A DNA stretch of 63,982 nucleotides, filler included, from Basidioascus undulatus (taxonomy: Eukaryota), in NCBI GenBank assembly GCA_000826855.1. It is 4 parts of 4 records of this genome, joined end to end, with 100 filler letters (N's around TTAATTAATTAA, not from the genome) between each part and the next. Parts side by side here need not be neighbours in the genome. Positions count along the whole stretch, not along the records: positions 1 to 16,475 come from JTLS01000580.1; positions 16,576 to 33,034 come from JTLS01000581.1; 2 more parts are not named here. The stretch is one strand, 5' to 3'. Below, piece by piece: positions 12,615-25,268 of this stretch (the stretch's first letter is position 1; each line of letters opens with the position of its first letter). The position numbers and the translations under genes are program-made. The notes under the pieces were generated by a model. The model saw only the letters and a list, made by a program, of their open reading frames with translations. It was not told the DNA's origin and searched no databases.

Positions 12615-14216
12615 GGTGCCGTAGGCGGTCTCCAGAATCTGGCTGCAGCCCTTTAGAGGCTTTTGTTCGTGAGAGCGACTCTAGCAGGCAGAGCTTTCAG
12701 CCCAGCATATCGCTGAGAGCATTGGCTGTTTTGGTAACAGTAACCGTGGATAACCCCACGCTCTTGAAGCCCGCTGGTAGCAGCATCGATCGAGAGTACG
12801 AGGAGAATAGATCAAAGGTCATCCTAGGCTGCGGTCCGGGGTTTGGATGAGGGCTGTTCTGTTTACGCAACCACTGAGAATATCAATCCTGAGAGTGTGG
12901 CTCGAGATCACAGTATAGTAAAAATACGAGCATGGCGCGTGCATTGCCGCGGATCCGAGCTATTGCCGCAACGAGTGACGACTCAGTTACTTATGAAGAT
13001 GCTCAAGCAGACAGGGCTCTCAGTAAGGTTTATAACATAGGGTAGGTCCTTTGGTAAACCTCATGGCAAGGTCAAACAACAGGGGCACTCAAAGGGCGTT
13101 GCTGGTTTCGGCGACTCTACGGCTACGAAGACCTTTAGTTTAGTACAAGGCCTCGAGAGTCAACCAATGACTGTACATGGACCGATTTTTAGGGTTGGCC
13201 TTTTCACATTTCATCTAAAGGCGCCAAGTGCTGCTCTCGAAATCGCATATTTGCTTCACGGTGCATCCACGTTGGTTGAAACGCGAAGGACTTCACCTTG
13301 TGGGAGGCGGGTTCAGGCTCCACTCGCAAGGATGTACCTGCCCGACATCATCACCATCGTATGTGTCTTATCAATGATTGTGGTCATCATGGCACGATAG
13401 CCGGTTTGACTCAGCTACTGGCGGAACGAGCGACGGAATGAACGACGGATATGCGCTGCAGTCGACTGCGCTACCCTCATGGTCCTCTCAATCTTCTCGT
13501 TGTAAGTATTAGAGTTTAACAGCTGTATTCGGGTACAATCCCAACCTTTATTAACTGTGTCTTGCCAAGAGTGCGTCACAACAATCACAAGAGCGCTGGC
13601 AGCGACGATCCCGGACGCGTCCCTTTGTCTTGATGGACTTTCACCCGTCGCTCCTGCACAGCGGCGTTCATTATCTTCTGGCGGGCCCCCCTTTCAGGAT
13701 GACGGTTTCGATCCGCACAGCACAACAATAGGAAAAGTAAGGCGTGCTGCGCGTATGAAAGCAACCACGCCGCTGCATCCGGGAGCGGACCGCGACGCGT
13801 CCGTGTTGGACTTGGACTGCCGCGCTAGACGTACTCTATTTAACGACAGCGTTGGCCGCTCCTCTCTAATCTCGCTCAACTTCGCCCTTGTTTCCCTCTC
13901 TCTCTCTCTTCCATTCCCCTCTTCCCCGCCTGGCGCTCCCTTCCCTTCTGTCCCCGTGTGCTTGCTTGCTCAACGACCCCCGCCCCCGACAATTGCTCTT
14001 TCCGGCTCGACTGGTTCGAACACCCTCCCGCTGCTGCGCCCGCGACCCCACCCTCAAACAGCTATCTTATCCACGCTCTACGCCCGACGCCTTACGCCTA
14101 CGCCCTACATCAAGACCTTCATAATACGTGCGCTGCTCCCTTGTGCCTTCTTGCGCGGGTCGGGACTCCAAATTGTATGCGTGCGTGGATGGACGACAGG
14201 CCAAGCAGCAACCGCT

Positions 14217-14775
14217 ATGTACACCACCTCCCCCGCCGACTTCGCCGCCGCCGCCGCGCCCTCTCGCATCCCTACGCCGATCCAGAAGCGCGTCCAGTTT
14301 GCAGCCATGACCAAAGCCGGTTAGTCTGCGCCTTCTCAATCTGCTTGGGTGGATGGGAGGGGCTGAGAGTAGCGGTGGGAACCATGCAGACCCGACCGCA
14401 CACCTGCCCTCGTTCGGCCAAGTCCTCTGCGAGCCATCGCGGCCTATCGTGACCATCACGCCCCCGCCGCCATCGCCCACCTCCACCAGCAGCAGCAGCG
14501 CCAGCAGCAGCAGCATCCCGCGCCTCGCTGTCCTGCCCTCGCTCGAGCAGATCCGCTCGCGCCTGGCGCTCGCCCAGCCGGCATCGCCGCCCCCCTCGCC
14601 CTCCTCCGCCGCGCGCACCTCGCGCCTCCCGCTGTTCCTCACTGGGCGCGCGCACGAGGAGCCCGCGATGCCCGCGGGCCGCGCGGAGGGGCGCGCGATG
14701 ATCTCCCGCCTCAAGAGGAGGCAGCGGTACTCTGCCCCGCCCGCGCTGCAGAACCCAGTCGTTCCCTTCGCTTGA
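14217..14775 (+). CDS. Small Pro/Ser-rich hypothetical protein (2 exons, ~160 aa)
   Basis: ATG 14217; intron 14320-14389 (GTTAGT...GCTGAG...GCAG) joins MYTTSPADF...AMTKA to DPTAHLPSFG...NPVVPFA in frame; coding-like GC3. No domain recognised. Confidence 0.6.
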
Positions 14776-15296
14776 GCTTGCACACGCACGCACACACATA
14801 GTTCCCCTTCCCTTGCCATCCCTTCATACCCACCTCCGTCGCTCCTTGCCCCCCTATCAACCCCCATTGATGATTTTGCGCCCTTCTCCTTCCTTTCTGC
14901 ATACACCGCTCGCCCGGGACTCTGGCAGTTCCGGGTGATCGACTATCGCTTGCGATCCCCTTTCTTTTTCACCCGTACACCACCCATACACACCCGGCAC
15001 GATCACCCCTGTAGCATTCATACCTTGCCCACACGCCCATTGATCATACCTAGTTGTTGCATGTACTACACCCCGGACCGTCGCTGGCTCCTGAGTGGAT
15101 CTTTGCTGCACCTCGAGAACTTCTACGGTCCGGGACTGTCAGACACGACACCACGAGGACGCCTTGACGCGAGAGCTGCAGGGAGCAGGCGAATGTCATT
15201 CAGCTGCAGCCGACGCGCGAAGTCACGTCTGGCGCGCGAGCGGGGCTTGATATCCGACCTCCATGACCTCCTCGCCTCCTTGCAGCAGCCTGCAGG

Positions 15297-16475
15297 ATGA
15301 GTGGCGCGCTCGACCCGTTTAAGCTGCTGAATGCGTGCTTTGATGACCTGTGAGTCGCCATTGTCCACTTTGCGAGTGCGCCGGGCTGAGCGAGACTGAC
15401 GGCGTGTCGGGAGGGCAGGTACGCGAGCTGCGTGAGCCCGAACTGGGGGCGGAGGGAGCTCAGCGTGGACGTTGTGGCTGGGGACGATGAGCAGAGGGAA
15501 GAGGAATATGGGCGGAAGCAGGTGCTGGGTGTTATAGATGGAGGCCAGGATGTGGTGGACGAGGGCGAGGGCGAGGGCGACGAAAGCTCGCCAGTCTCCA
15601 GGTGCGTCTCTCCTCCTGCTACTCTTCGCTACACCACAATCTCTGAACAAACCCCACAGATCACCCTCTCCTCCTCTTCACGAGTCACTTCCCCCGCCCA
15701 CATCCTCCCTACGGCGCACGCGCTCGTCCGCCTCTCTCCGCGAGCGCCCGGCCTCTCAGCGCAAGCGCCGGTCTTCGCCCTCCTCGCCTCCTCCTCCCCC
15801 TCCTTCGACCACGCGCACAAGACCGCCGCGCCGCTCTCTCCGATCCTCCGGCCCACCCACAAAGCCTCGCACACGTGCTGGACGCCCTGCCGTACCTGAG
15901 CGGCCGCACCCGCCCTCCCCGCCCGCTCCCCTCCCAAATCCATCTCCTCGCCTGACGCGCTCGCGCTCTCGCCTGCCGAGACCTCAAGTCCGAGACGCGC
16001 GGAAAGAGGAGGATGAGATCCCCGATTCGGAGAACGAGCGGCGGTCGGCCCGACTTCCTGGGCCGGCTGCGGGTCTGGACGTGCGGCAGGAGGAGGAGGA
16101 CGAGACGGAGGAGGAAGAGATCTTCCTCCCTCCTCGACGGAGACGTCGGCTTCCTCCTGCCCAATCCGTACCTCACGCACCACCACCCTCACCACAACCA
16201 CCACCACCATCCTCGCCCCCTCCCCCACCGCCTTCCCCCATCCTCTCCACCCGACGCCGCCTTTGCTTAGCCACATCGCACCGCGCACCCCGACCCGCTC
16301 CAGAGCCCTTCGCCTTCTCCAGACCCCGGCCACCGGCTCGGAGCATGCAGGCCGGCAAGACCGTGGACGTAAGAAGACTGTGGATGGCGTGGGCGCGGGC
16401 GCAGCGGATGGGCGAGAGGAGGGTCGTGAGGGCTACGGGAGGTGGGGATGGGAGAGGGGATGGGGATGGGGATGA
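15297..16475 (+). CDS. Pro/Arg-rich hypothetical protein, 3' end runs into a gap
   Basis: MSGALDPFKLLNACFDDL, intron GTGAGT...GCAG, YASCVSPNWGRREL..., intron GTGCGT...CACAG, then an open frame up to the N run. Confidence 0.5.
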
Positions 16476-16575
16476 NNNNNNNNNNNNNNNNNNNNNNNNN
16501 NNNNNNNNNNNNNNNNNNNTTAATTAATTAANNNNNNNNNNNNNNNNNNNNNNNNNNNNNNNNNNNNNNNNNNNN
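16476..16575. other. Assembly gap with TTAATTAATTAA linker
   Basis: N run, six-frame-stop linker, N run; 100 nt in total. Confidence 0.98.
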
Positions 16576-19195
16576 CCCCGCTCCCCCACACTTCCCACAA
16601 ACCTATCTCTCCCGCCTCCCCGGCGCGAACGGCGCGCTCTTCGCGCTCTCAGAGGCGCACCACCCGCTCGTACAGTTCGCGCCTGAGGCGTTGCGCTTAG
16701 GCGACGACGGCCTCGAGGGGCGGTGGACAGTCGAGGGCGAGCCGACTGTCCTTCCTGTTGGATTCGAGCCGCCGGGAGTGTTCCTAAGTATTGATGGGCC
16801 TCCTGCGGGCCGCGCTGGCTTGCTCGATCCCCCGAGTAGGGCGGACAGGGTCGCGCAGGCTTTGGGGAGGCTCGAGGAGGACCTGGCGCTCGGGCAGGGG
16901 AACCTCAAGTGGCTCGCGCTGGGCTCACTCCTCCTCGTCGTGATCGCGCTCGTTCGGGACAGGCGACGTCTTTCTCTCTCTTCCTCGTCCTCATCATCCT
17001 CCGCCTCCACCCTCTCCTCCGAAAAGCAACCCGCCGACTCTTCCACCCCGCCTGTCCGCTCGCACGACACCGAAGCGCTGGCCTCCTCGCATACGAACCG
17101 GCACGGGCTTCCCACCCCGCCGCCCGAGATGGACAAGAAGCCGCTCCCGCCGCCGCCGCCGGGCGAGGACGCCGAGAGCGCAGACGAGGTTGGTGGTGGA
17201 ACGCCGGGGAAGAAGAAGCGCGTGCGGCGGAAGCGCGGGAAGGGCGGGAAGGGCAGGGCGGAGGAGGCGAATGGGAATGGGCAGGGGAATGGGAAGGCGG
17301 CGCGCGAGGACGATTCAGCCTCGGCCGGCGCAGTTAAGCAGCTGGACGCCAAAGCGGACCCCCCGCCGATCGCGGCTCTCCCGGTCGAGGCGCTGGTCCT
17401 CTCGGAGGACATCATCGGTGCGTAGCGTCCCGACTCTATCTTCTCTAACCTCGCTAACTGGGCGCGCACGTGAACAGGCTACGGCTCACACGGCACGGTC
17501 GTCTTCAAAGGCTCGCTCCAGGGCCGCGCAGTCGCGGTCAAGCGCCTCCTGCTCGACTTTACCAAGATTGCGCGGCACGAGGTGGACGTCCTGCGCGATG
17601 CGGACGAGCATCCGAACGTCGTTAGGTGCGTCAAGCGGGCTGTGCGTCTGCGCATGAATCAGAGCTGACTTGTGGGCTTACGTCCAGGTACTTCCTTCAC
17701 GAGCAGCGCGCCAACTTCTTGTACATCGCGCTCGAACTCGTGCGCCTTCCTGGTTTCCCGTCATCGCGAGAGAAAGGCTGATGAGATTCGTCGTTCGTTG
17801 CGCAGTGCGCCGCCTCCCTAGCAGACATCATCGAGCGGCCCGCGCAGCACCGCGAGCTAGTGTGCGCGTTCTCGCCGAAGTCCGCCCTGCGCCAGATTGC
17901 CTCGGGCGTGCGACACCTGCACGCTTTGCATCTCGTGCACCGGGACCTCAAACCAGCGAACATCCTCGTCGCGCACCCGCGACGGGGCAGCGGGGGCGGG
18001 GACGACACCATCCGCCTCGTCATCTCCGACATGGGCCTGTGCAAGAAGCTCGAGGCGGACCAGAGCAGCTTCGCGCCAACTGCGGTTGGCGCGGTCGGGA
18101 CGAGCGGGTGGAGGGCGCCGGAGGTACTGAGGGGCGATGTGCGGATCGACCAGATCCCGGAGGAGGGCGAGGAGGGCGCCGGGGAGAGCTCGACGGCGGG
18201 GGAGGGCGATGCCGCTCCCGAAGGGAAGAAGGACTCGAGTAGAAGACTGGCGAGGTCGCTTGATATCTTTGCGCTTGGTGTGATCTTTTACTATGTTTTG
18301 ACGAACGGTGCGTTTTTTTGCTCTGTGTTAAATTCGCGCGGGACGGGTGGCTGACAGCGTTGCGGGCGGGCGGGCGGCAGGCGTCCACTGCTTCGGGGAA
18401 CGCTACGAGCGCGAGATGAATATCATCCGCGGCGAGGCGAACTTTGACTTGCTGGACGTGACAAACGAGGAGGGCGCCGAGGCGCTCGACCTGATCAGGG
18501 CGATGCTCTCTCCCGAGCCGCGATCACGGTGCGTCCCAGTCCCCAGCAACCTACCTCTTTTCCTATACACTCACCACGCTGCTGACTTTTTACTCTTCAC
18601 AAACAGGCCCACGGCCTCCACAATCCTCATCCACCCGTACTGGTGGTCGCCCGCGCGCCGGCTCGCCTTCCTCCAGGACGCTTCGGACCGCTTCGAAATC
18701 ATGGATCCGAGCGCGCCGACGCTCCTCGCGCTCGAGAGCGGCGCGAACGAGATCGTCGGGCCCGACTGGCACCGCCGCTTGGACCGCGTCTTCATCGAGA
18801 ACCTCGGCAAGTTCAGAAAGTACGATGGCAGGAGCTGCAGGGACTTGCTGCGCGCGCTGAGGAACAAGGTGCGTTTGCATCGCATTTAACACAAGCTGCG
18901 TTGGGCTCGAGAACTGAACGAGGATTGCGCGCGCGCAGAAACATCACTACCAAGACCTGCCGGACAACGTCAAGCGACATCTGGGGCCGCTGCCGGACGG
19001 GTTCCTGGCCTACTTGTGCGTATTGGACCTGGCGTGTTTCTTACCCCACCAAACTGCTCACCGCATCATCTGTACCTGCGCAGCACCCGCCGTTTCCCCA
19101 ATCTCCTCTTGTGGACGCACCACGTCGTCTCGACCACCATCCTCCGGAACGAACCATTGTTTGCTTCCTACTTCTCGGACGATCCGTTCTCGTGA
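16576..19195 (+). CDS. IRE1: Ire1 ER-stress sensor kinase/endoribonuclease (5'-partial)
   Basis: TM segment WLALGSLLLVVIALV, basic KKKRVRRKRGK, kinase GYGSHGTVVFKG/VAVKRLL/HPNVVRY/HRDLKPANIL/GTSGWRAPE/DIFALG, KEN RNase domain FLQDASDRFE...KFRKYDG...DLLRALRNKKHHY...TRRFPNLL; stop TGA at 19193-19195. Confidence 0.96.
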
Positions 19196-19699
19196 TTATC
19201 TTGCCATTGATTCCGTGCTTCCTTCTTTTGGACATTGTGTGCTTTGCTTGTTCTCTGTTGTACATTATCATGGATCCCCGTTCTTCTCTCCCGCTTGTGC
19301 AGCACCACAGCATGCTGCATGACACTTTCTGGGATCTCTCGCTTGTCTTTTGAAAGAGTGTGAAGGACTTGAGCCAGCACACTTGCCTGGTTCGAGTTCA
19401 CATATATTCCAAACGTTCTTTCGCAGTCTGGTCTACGAGCTCATCGTGGTCACACGACTTCTTCGCTGACCATTGCCGCGAAGATAAAAACCCTCCCTGC
19501 ATACCGTTCTAAGCAAGTCCTTCATGACTCGTTAGTCTCCATTCATTTATCTAACCTTGAATAATCATGCACAGGTTCTTGAACAATTATGAACAGAAAA
19601 GAAGACACACATCGAATGCCACCCTTCCGCAGCCCTTCACAAAGGCGCATTGCCACCTGCCTCCCCGCCCTGCAGCACCGGATCACTTCTCGCTCATAA

Positions 19700-20340
19700 C
19701 ATTTATGCGCTGACGGAGCTCCTTGTGACCTTCCAACAGCTGGATGTGCTCGTCCGGTGCGGGAAGCAGGTGTCGAGGTCGAGTATGAGCCCGGGTGCGA
19801 AGCGGGGATGTCCGAGATGGCCTCGTCCGTGGCGATCACGGCGTTGTCGTTACGCAGCGCCGAGATGGCGCAGTCAAGATCAACAGGTTTATCGATGGTG
19901 ACTTGAGCAAATTGCAGTTTATGGTGAGCATTCCAGCCAACGCAGAGAAGTGAAAGTTGGTACTTGGGTGTGTATGGCGCGATTCCGTCCCCATCCCAGT
20001 ACCCCATGTCCTTCAGGCGTTGTTCGCGCCGCCAGGAAAGGTCTGTAAGATGGGGTAAGTGAGCCCACACTCGTCTCAATGAGTCTTAACTTACCGATCT
20101 TGTACCCCACGAGGGCAGTCAAGTCACCAAGCCCGCGTGAGCCCAGCGTCCCAGTCCATGCGGCGGTGTGCAGACAGCTTGCAGGATGATGCCGCCCCCG
20201 AAGACGAGCCCGAGCTTTTAAACATCCACTGTCCAGTTGAAATGCCTCTATGCCTGCACGGCCTTCTTCTCTAACTCGACACGCGTCGTAGCGAACAGGC
20301 CGTGCGCAGCGTAATGCTGCTTGTCGCGTTCAGTCCAGGT
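19700..20340 (-). pseudogene. Degenerate relic of an unidentified gene
   Basis: Coding-like segments (WTERDKQHYAAHGLFATTRVELEKKAVQA*RHFNWTVDV*; DLSWRREQRLKDMGYWDGDG...) separated by a GTAAGT...ACAG intron, with in-frame stops. Confidence 0.3.
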
Positions 20341-21373
20341 GCTTGTGAAGTTTATCATGGTAGAGTGTATATGATGGGAGAGCCTGGGGGAAATGAGGAA
20401 AAGAAAGGCCATGTTGTGCTTTAGAGGTTTCCCGATGATGGAGAAAGGAAACAGGCAAAGATCGCGAGCAGCCGCATTTGGCTGAATCCGTCGGTTTCAC
20501 CCATTCCGCGGTTGTGCGATAGTGACGTGAAGGACCTTCAATACAAGAACGAGTTGCTCTGAAATAGACATATGAGAACTCGGTAGCGCTCATCGTTCAT
20601 GAAGATCCTGTTTGCATCGCTATGCGGGCACAAGCAAACGGCAACATTCAGTAGCTCAACTCCGGCTAGACAGCTGAGATGGGATAGCTAGGACGTACCG
20701 CCGTTGAGCTTCGGCCGTTTATTCCTTCCAGCCTCCGTAATTGCAGATGTTATCAGTGCCTCAGGGTCGTACTGACTCTCGCACTTCAAGGGAAGTTGGG
20801 TAGGGAAAGAGGAAAGCCTTTCAGTCATCAAGTCGACGTCTGTCCCCCTCCCCCTGTTGCCGCTGCAGAAGACTTCGGGAGGACGCAAGGCGCAGGCCTC
20901 GAGTCAATGCAGCCTGCCTATAGAATCACAAAATAATGCGTGACTTTTGAGAACGGAAGCAAACAGTGTGAAGGTTGGTGAAGGTTGGCAGAGGTGCCAA
21001 TGTCCGCCGAAATCGTGCTCCCCTGCGCCTGCGCTTTCATCCGTCCGACTTTGCAACTTCACTGGCGGTGGCCGGTTGCAGTGGCTGTGGCATAAGTGCA
21101 TGGCAGCAAGAATATATTATCTAATATTACAGAAAATGCTCGAAGCCGTGAGGAGAGCACGTGTGAGTCAACGATTCGACGTGACGGAAACGTCTACTTT
21201 TGTGTCAATCCAAGTGTGCTTCGTGCAACGTTGCCGTTCGACTCCTCTTCTTAACCGGCCACTCCCACCACGGATTCTCAGCACACATCTCATTCGGCTC
21301 GCTGCTTCACTCCGCGTTCAGCCATGCCTACTTCGCGTGAGATCGTCGTGCTTCCCTCTCACTGCCAGCCACG

Positions 21374-22164
21374 GTGGACGGTCGAAGACGAGGTCGAGCT
21401 GGGCATGGTGCAGCAGCGGTAGTCCGTATACTTCTTGGGCATTGGATTACGGCTTTCCACTTACGCCCCTTTTCAGGGAAGACACCCACAAACGCGCGTC
21501 AACGATCTGACCTCGTTTGGGGCATCCGTCTGGCACGGCGCCTTCAACACAATGGAGCTGCTCACGCTGTTGATGGAGAGGGCAATTTTTTGAAGAGTTA
21601 TGGGAAGGAGCGCATCTTTGACTCTGGACGTGGGTGAATGCAGTGAGCAGGCGGAAAGGGAGTGTGAGTTGCGCTCTGTGCGGTCTGTCGGGGACGCGGG
21701 TGTGTAGCAGGCTGACGATCCCATCTGCGATTGGACCCTCGTTTCACGCAGGTCTTACCGAGAGACGCCAGAGATACATGCCTTTGGAGGCGTCGTGCGG
21801 TATAGGCGAGGGGGAGGCCATCGAGCGTCTCCTTCATCGCAACAGCCCGATCACCGACCTCGCCGCCCGAGACGCTGCCGGCGCCGAGCGTGGCATTCGT
21901 CGAGGCTTCTTTCCCCGTCGCCAGGATGTGACCCCGACCCCTCCGAGCCTGTTCGACTACGTCTACAGTGAGAGTCTGTACTTTGCAGAAGACGCAACCG
22001 CGCGTGCTGACAGCGCTTCGTCGTCCCCCAGCGGCTTTCTTCGCTACTTCAGCTCCAGCGGACTCTTCCCCAGCACCTCCGCACCAACCTCCGAGCTACT
22101 ACTCTCTCGGAGCAATCTTAATCCAGCGCGGCTCAATCCCCTGGTAGATCCACAACTGTTCTAG
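21374..22164 (+). CDS. Possible small hypothetical or degenerate gene
   Basis: Intron-like GTGGGT...GCTGAC...GCAG links two open frames (...YGKERIFDSG / LTERRQRYMPLE...VDPQLF*); start not resolved. Confidence 0.25.
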
Positions 22165-23014
22165 CGTCCGAGTCGGCTGGCGGTGAAGTCCCTTGAAGCT
22201 TGGTCGGAACGAGGGGTTCTAGAGGCAGGTAAAAGGAAAATAGTCGGGTGGTGGAAAGGAGGCCAAGCTTGTATCGCGACACCTTGGCTTAAAGACATCT
22301 TACCCATTTGGCGCAGTAGCAGTCATTTGAAGGCTCAAGCGGACTGGCTCGTGTCCATGGCTTATAGTCCAGGAACAGCTTCCGGCGGACGGATACAGAA
22401 GGGATTGAGATGAAGTTTTCGAACAATCAGTTGGCCCATCGCGGCAACGAGACGCCGGTCCACCACCCCCCTTTTCTGCGCTGCAAGAAGAGCTAGGTAA
22501 GGATGGCTTGAAGGACTCCGGACAGCAGCCCTCAGTTCGCAGTCCCTGTGGACGTGATGGATAGGTCGGATCTCCTTTCACTTTGACAGTCCATTCGTAT
22601 CACTGAATAAACCCGTGAAGTACCTCTACCTACCATCCAGGTGTTGCACTAACGCGATTTAGCCCGCTCGCAACTCATCCAACTGTTCACTCCATTTGAG
22701 CTCGGTTCCCATTCAACAGGCTCTCTGCATCTGGGCAACTACAAAGAAACCTTTTAAATTGTGGGGAGTAAGTGTAGAATAGCCAAAAGCCACGGAAAAC
22801 AAACAGTCATCGCCTTGTTTCCGCCCGAGTGCCCGCGATAAGCAGCAGATTGCAGACGCAGCTGTGGAATTATATAGATGGAAGGGAGTGAATAGCGATG
22901 AAAGGATGGAAGACATACAGTGCTGGTTGCATCGTCGACTTTCGGAACAAGACAAGGGATCAGACACGCTTGGAAGGTAAACCAGAAGCGTCCCATATGA
23001 ACTTTTTCGAGCAC

Positions 23015-24090
23015 GCTGCCGTGTGATTTGGCGGGGTTGCCATTTTGCAAAAGCATATTGTCGCCTCCTTCCCTTGATTTCCAGCCGAGTTGCTCGGCAA
23101 ACTGCCGTGCAACGCTGACGCGCAACACGGCAGTTTGCCCTGCTGGTTGCCGTGTAGCACCGTAGCCAGCGCTGTGTGCCTTGTAACATGGCAAGCCTCC
23201 ACCTGGGCACTGCACCGTACATACAAACCGTACACTAATTTCAATATAGAAGCCTAGTAATTTCGAATAGGGTCTGGCTGGAGGCGCGGCCCACCATCCT
23301 TCTCAGCCAGACCCTTTAACGGTGATATCAATTCATCTTACTTGATTGTCTGAGTCAGGGGTATATAAAGGCTGCACACCATTTCTTTCCACCATCATCT
23401 TCTCTCACTCTCTCACCTTCGGCTGTCAAGGCTCTACTCGTCTTTAGGTGCGCCCTTCACACAACTCTTGCCTTGCTTGTGCTTCCATGCCAGTAACATC
23501 GTTATTGCTCTCCAGAGTGCCTCTTGGTGGTTCTACTTTACCTCAGCTGTACATCCTTTGAATCCCTTGCTGGTGCTAGGATCAGATGGACTTCGGCGGT
23601 GGTCATGTGGTTCAAGCTACCCCCGTTTGCTTGCAACTGTTCATGCATGTTCTTGTGATCCATTGGAAGCTCGTGTGTGGTGTGATATTTACAAGACCGA
23701 AAGCGAAAGAGCTAGCAGAATATTACGCAACAGAAGTGGAGGGCTGCAGTATAACACGGAGGATTGCGGTGCAAACCAGCAGGAGAATGGCAAGCTGCCG
23801 TGCCACACAGCACTGACAACGCATTATTGCCATGCTGCACGGCAGCTTCCCGCGCTAAAAGCCGTGTCGCACAGCAAACTGCCGTGCTGCCTGCAGTTCT
23901 CCGGTGTGTAATAGGGAGAACACGGCACAGCTTTCTGGTCTCTACGCAGCGATGCCTACCGTGCAAGCCTGCAGACGCACCCATAGTGCGCCGGCATGGC
24001 CGGCGACTCTCTGCTATTATAGTGCCATTCCATTCCCGGCATATTGTCGTGCATCGGCAGACATTTCCCCGCGAAAACCTTGCCGTGCTA
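23015..24090. repeat. Two clusters of GCCGTG/CACGGC motif repeats forming short palindromes
   Basis: 14-bp IR GGCAAACTGCCGTG 23096-23109 / 23126-23139; 12-bp IR AAGCTGCCGTGC 23792-23803 / 23837-23848; further single copies near 23017, 23149, 23861, 23881, 23921, 24082. Confidence 0.75.
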
Positions 24091-25268
24091 GACGACGAGC
24101 AATGCTCACAAAAGTTCATAAGGAAGCGTCCCATTGCATATCTCGCATTGCATTCCTGGCCAACCGCTAGTTACTACAAGACACCTTGAAAAATCACTTT
24201 CCTTGAAAACTTATGCTTCAAGTTACATATATCCGGGATGAGCTAATCGTCGGCGGACTGCATGGGTGCGACAGACCGAGTTGTATGCCGTCGGCACTTG
24301 TGCGTGCGGGACAAGGTCAATTTCCTGACTATCTACCGAGTCTTTCGGCTTAGATATCCTTGGAGAGCGCAAGGCTTCTGCTAGGCCTGAAAGTCTGTCT
24401 GACGGTCAACAATAAGACCGTGATTCATGCGCCCGGCGGCCCGGCCTGCCTAAAGCTCTCGCCTCCCATCTGGTCGTGGTTCCGCGGACGATGTCTAGGC
24501 TTTTCTGCACCAAGGTTTTCTGCCGTAAAACAGTCCCGAAGTGTCATTGCAGTCTGATATGGTGAGGGAGAAGGGATACCCGAGAGAAAAGCATAAGAAA
24601 TCAACGAGGGTCAGCTATTGAGCATCTGCAGACAGCGCGTCGAACCCTGAGGATGATTCTATGAGACACATAGCCTGAGCAATGTATTAAGTGTTTCCAT
24701 GCTCAAATGGTGTTAAGTGACTCCTAGTGCAGGTTAGCGACTGCAGGCCTGAGCGAGTCGCATGAGTGATTCGCCACCCGGCTTCCACCACCCGGCTTCA
24801 TCTGCGGAATGCAGTAATATCTTCTCATCGCAATGAGCGAGATAGCACGACCGATGTTCAAATCGCGGTGACCAGACAAAGTGTCGGGTTCGCGCGATGT
24901 TCTTCAAGTCGCGAGTGAAAGTTTGCATTAAGATGTTTTCGTGTCGTTGCAAACGTTTCCATGAGAATCAATGGGTCGACTACATCTGCAGCAAACTTTT
25001 TCTTCAACCTTCCGAACACCCACAGCAGATTCCAAGAGTCATGATGAGCCGTAATCCACATACGGCAAGCCGGCAGACGTGCTGCGTTCATCTCTGAAAA
25101 GACCAACAGTCAGAGCATCGCACACAAGTGCACGCAAGCAGCCGAGGTCATGCAGTCATGTATAAACATAATACAACGAAGAAGTGGTATCGTGGCAAAG
25201 GTAATCCTGTATGCGGGAAAACGTAGCGTGTGCGGGCAGGTCCGGGAGTGTTACATTAAGGAAGGTCG

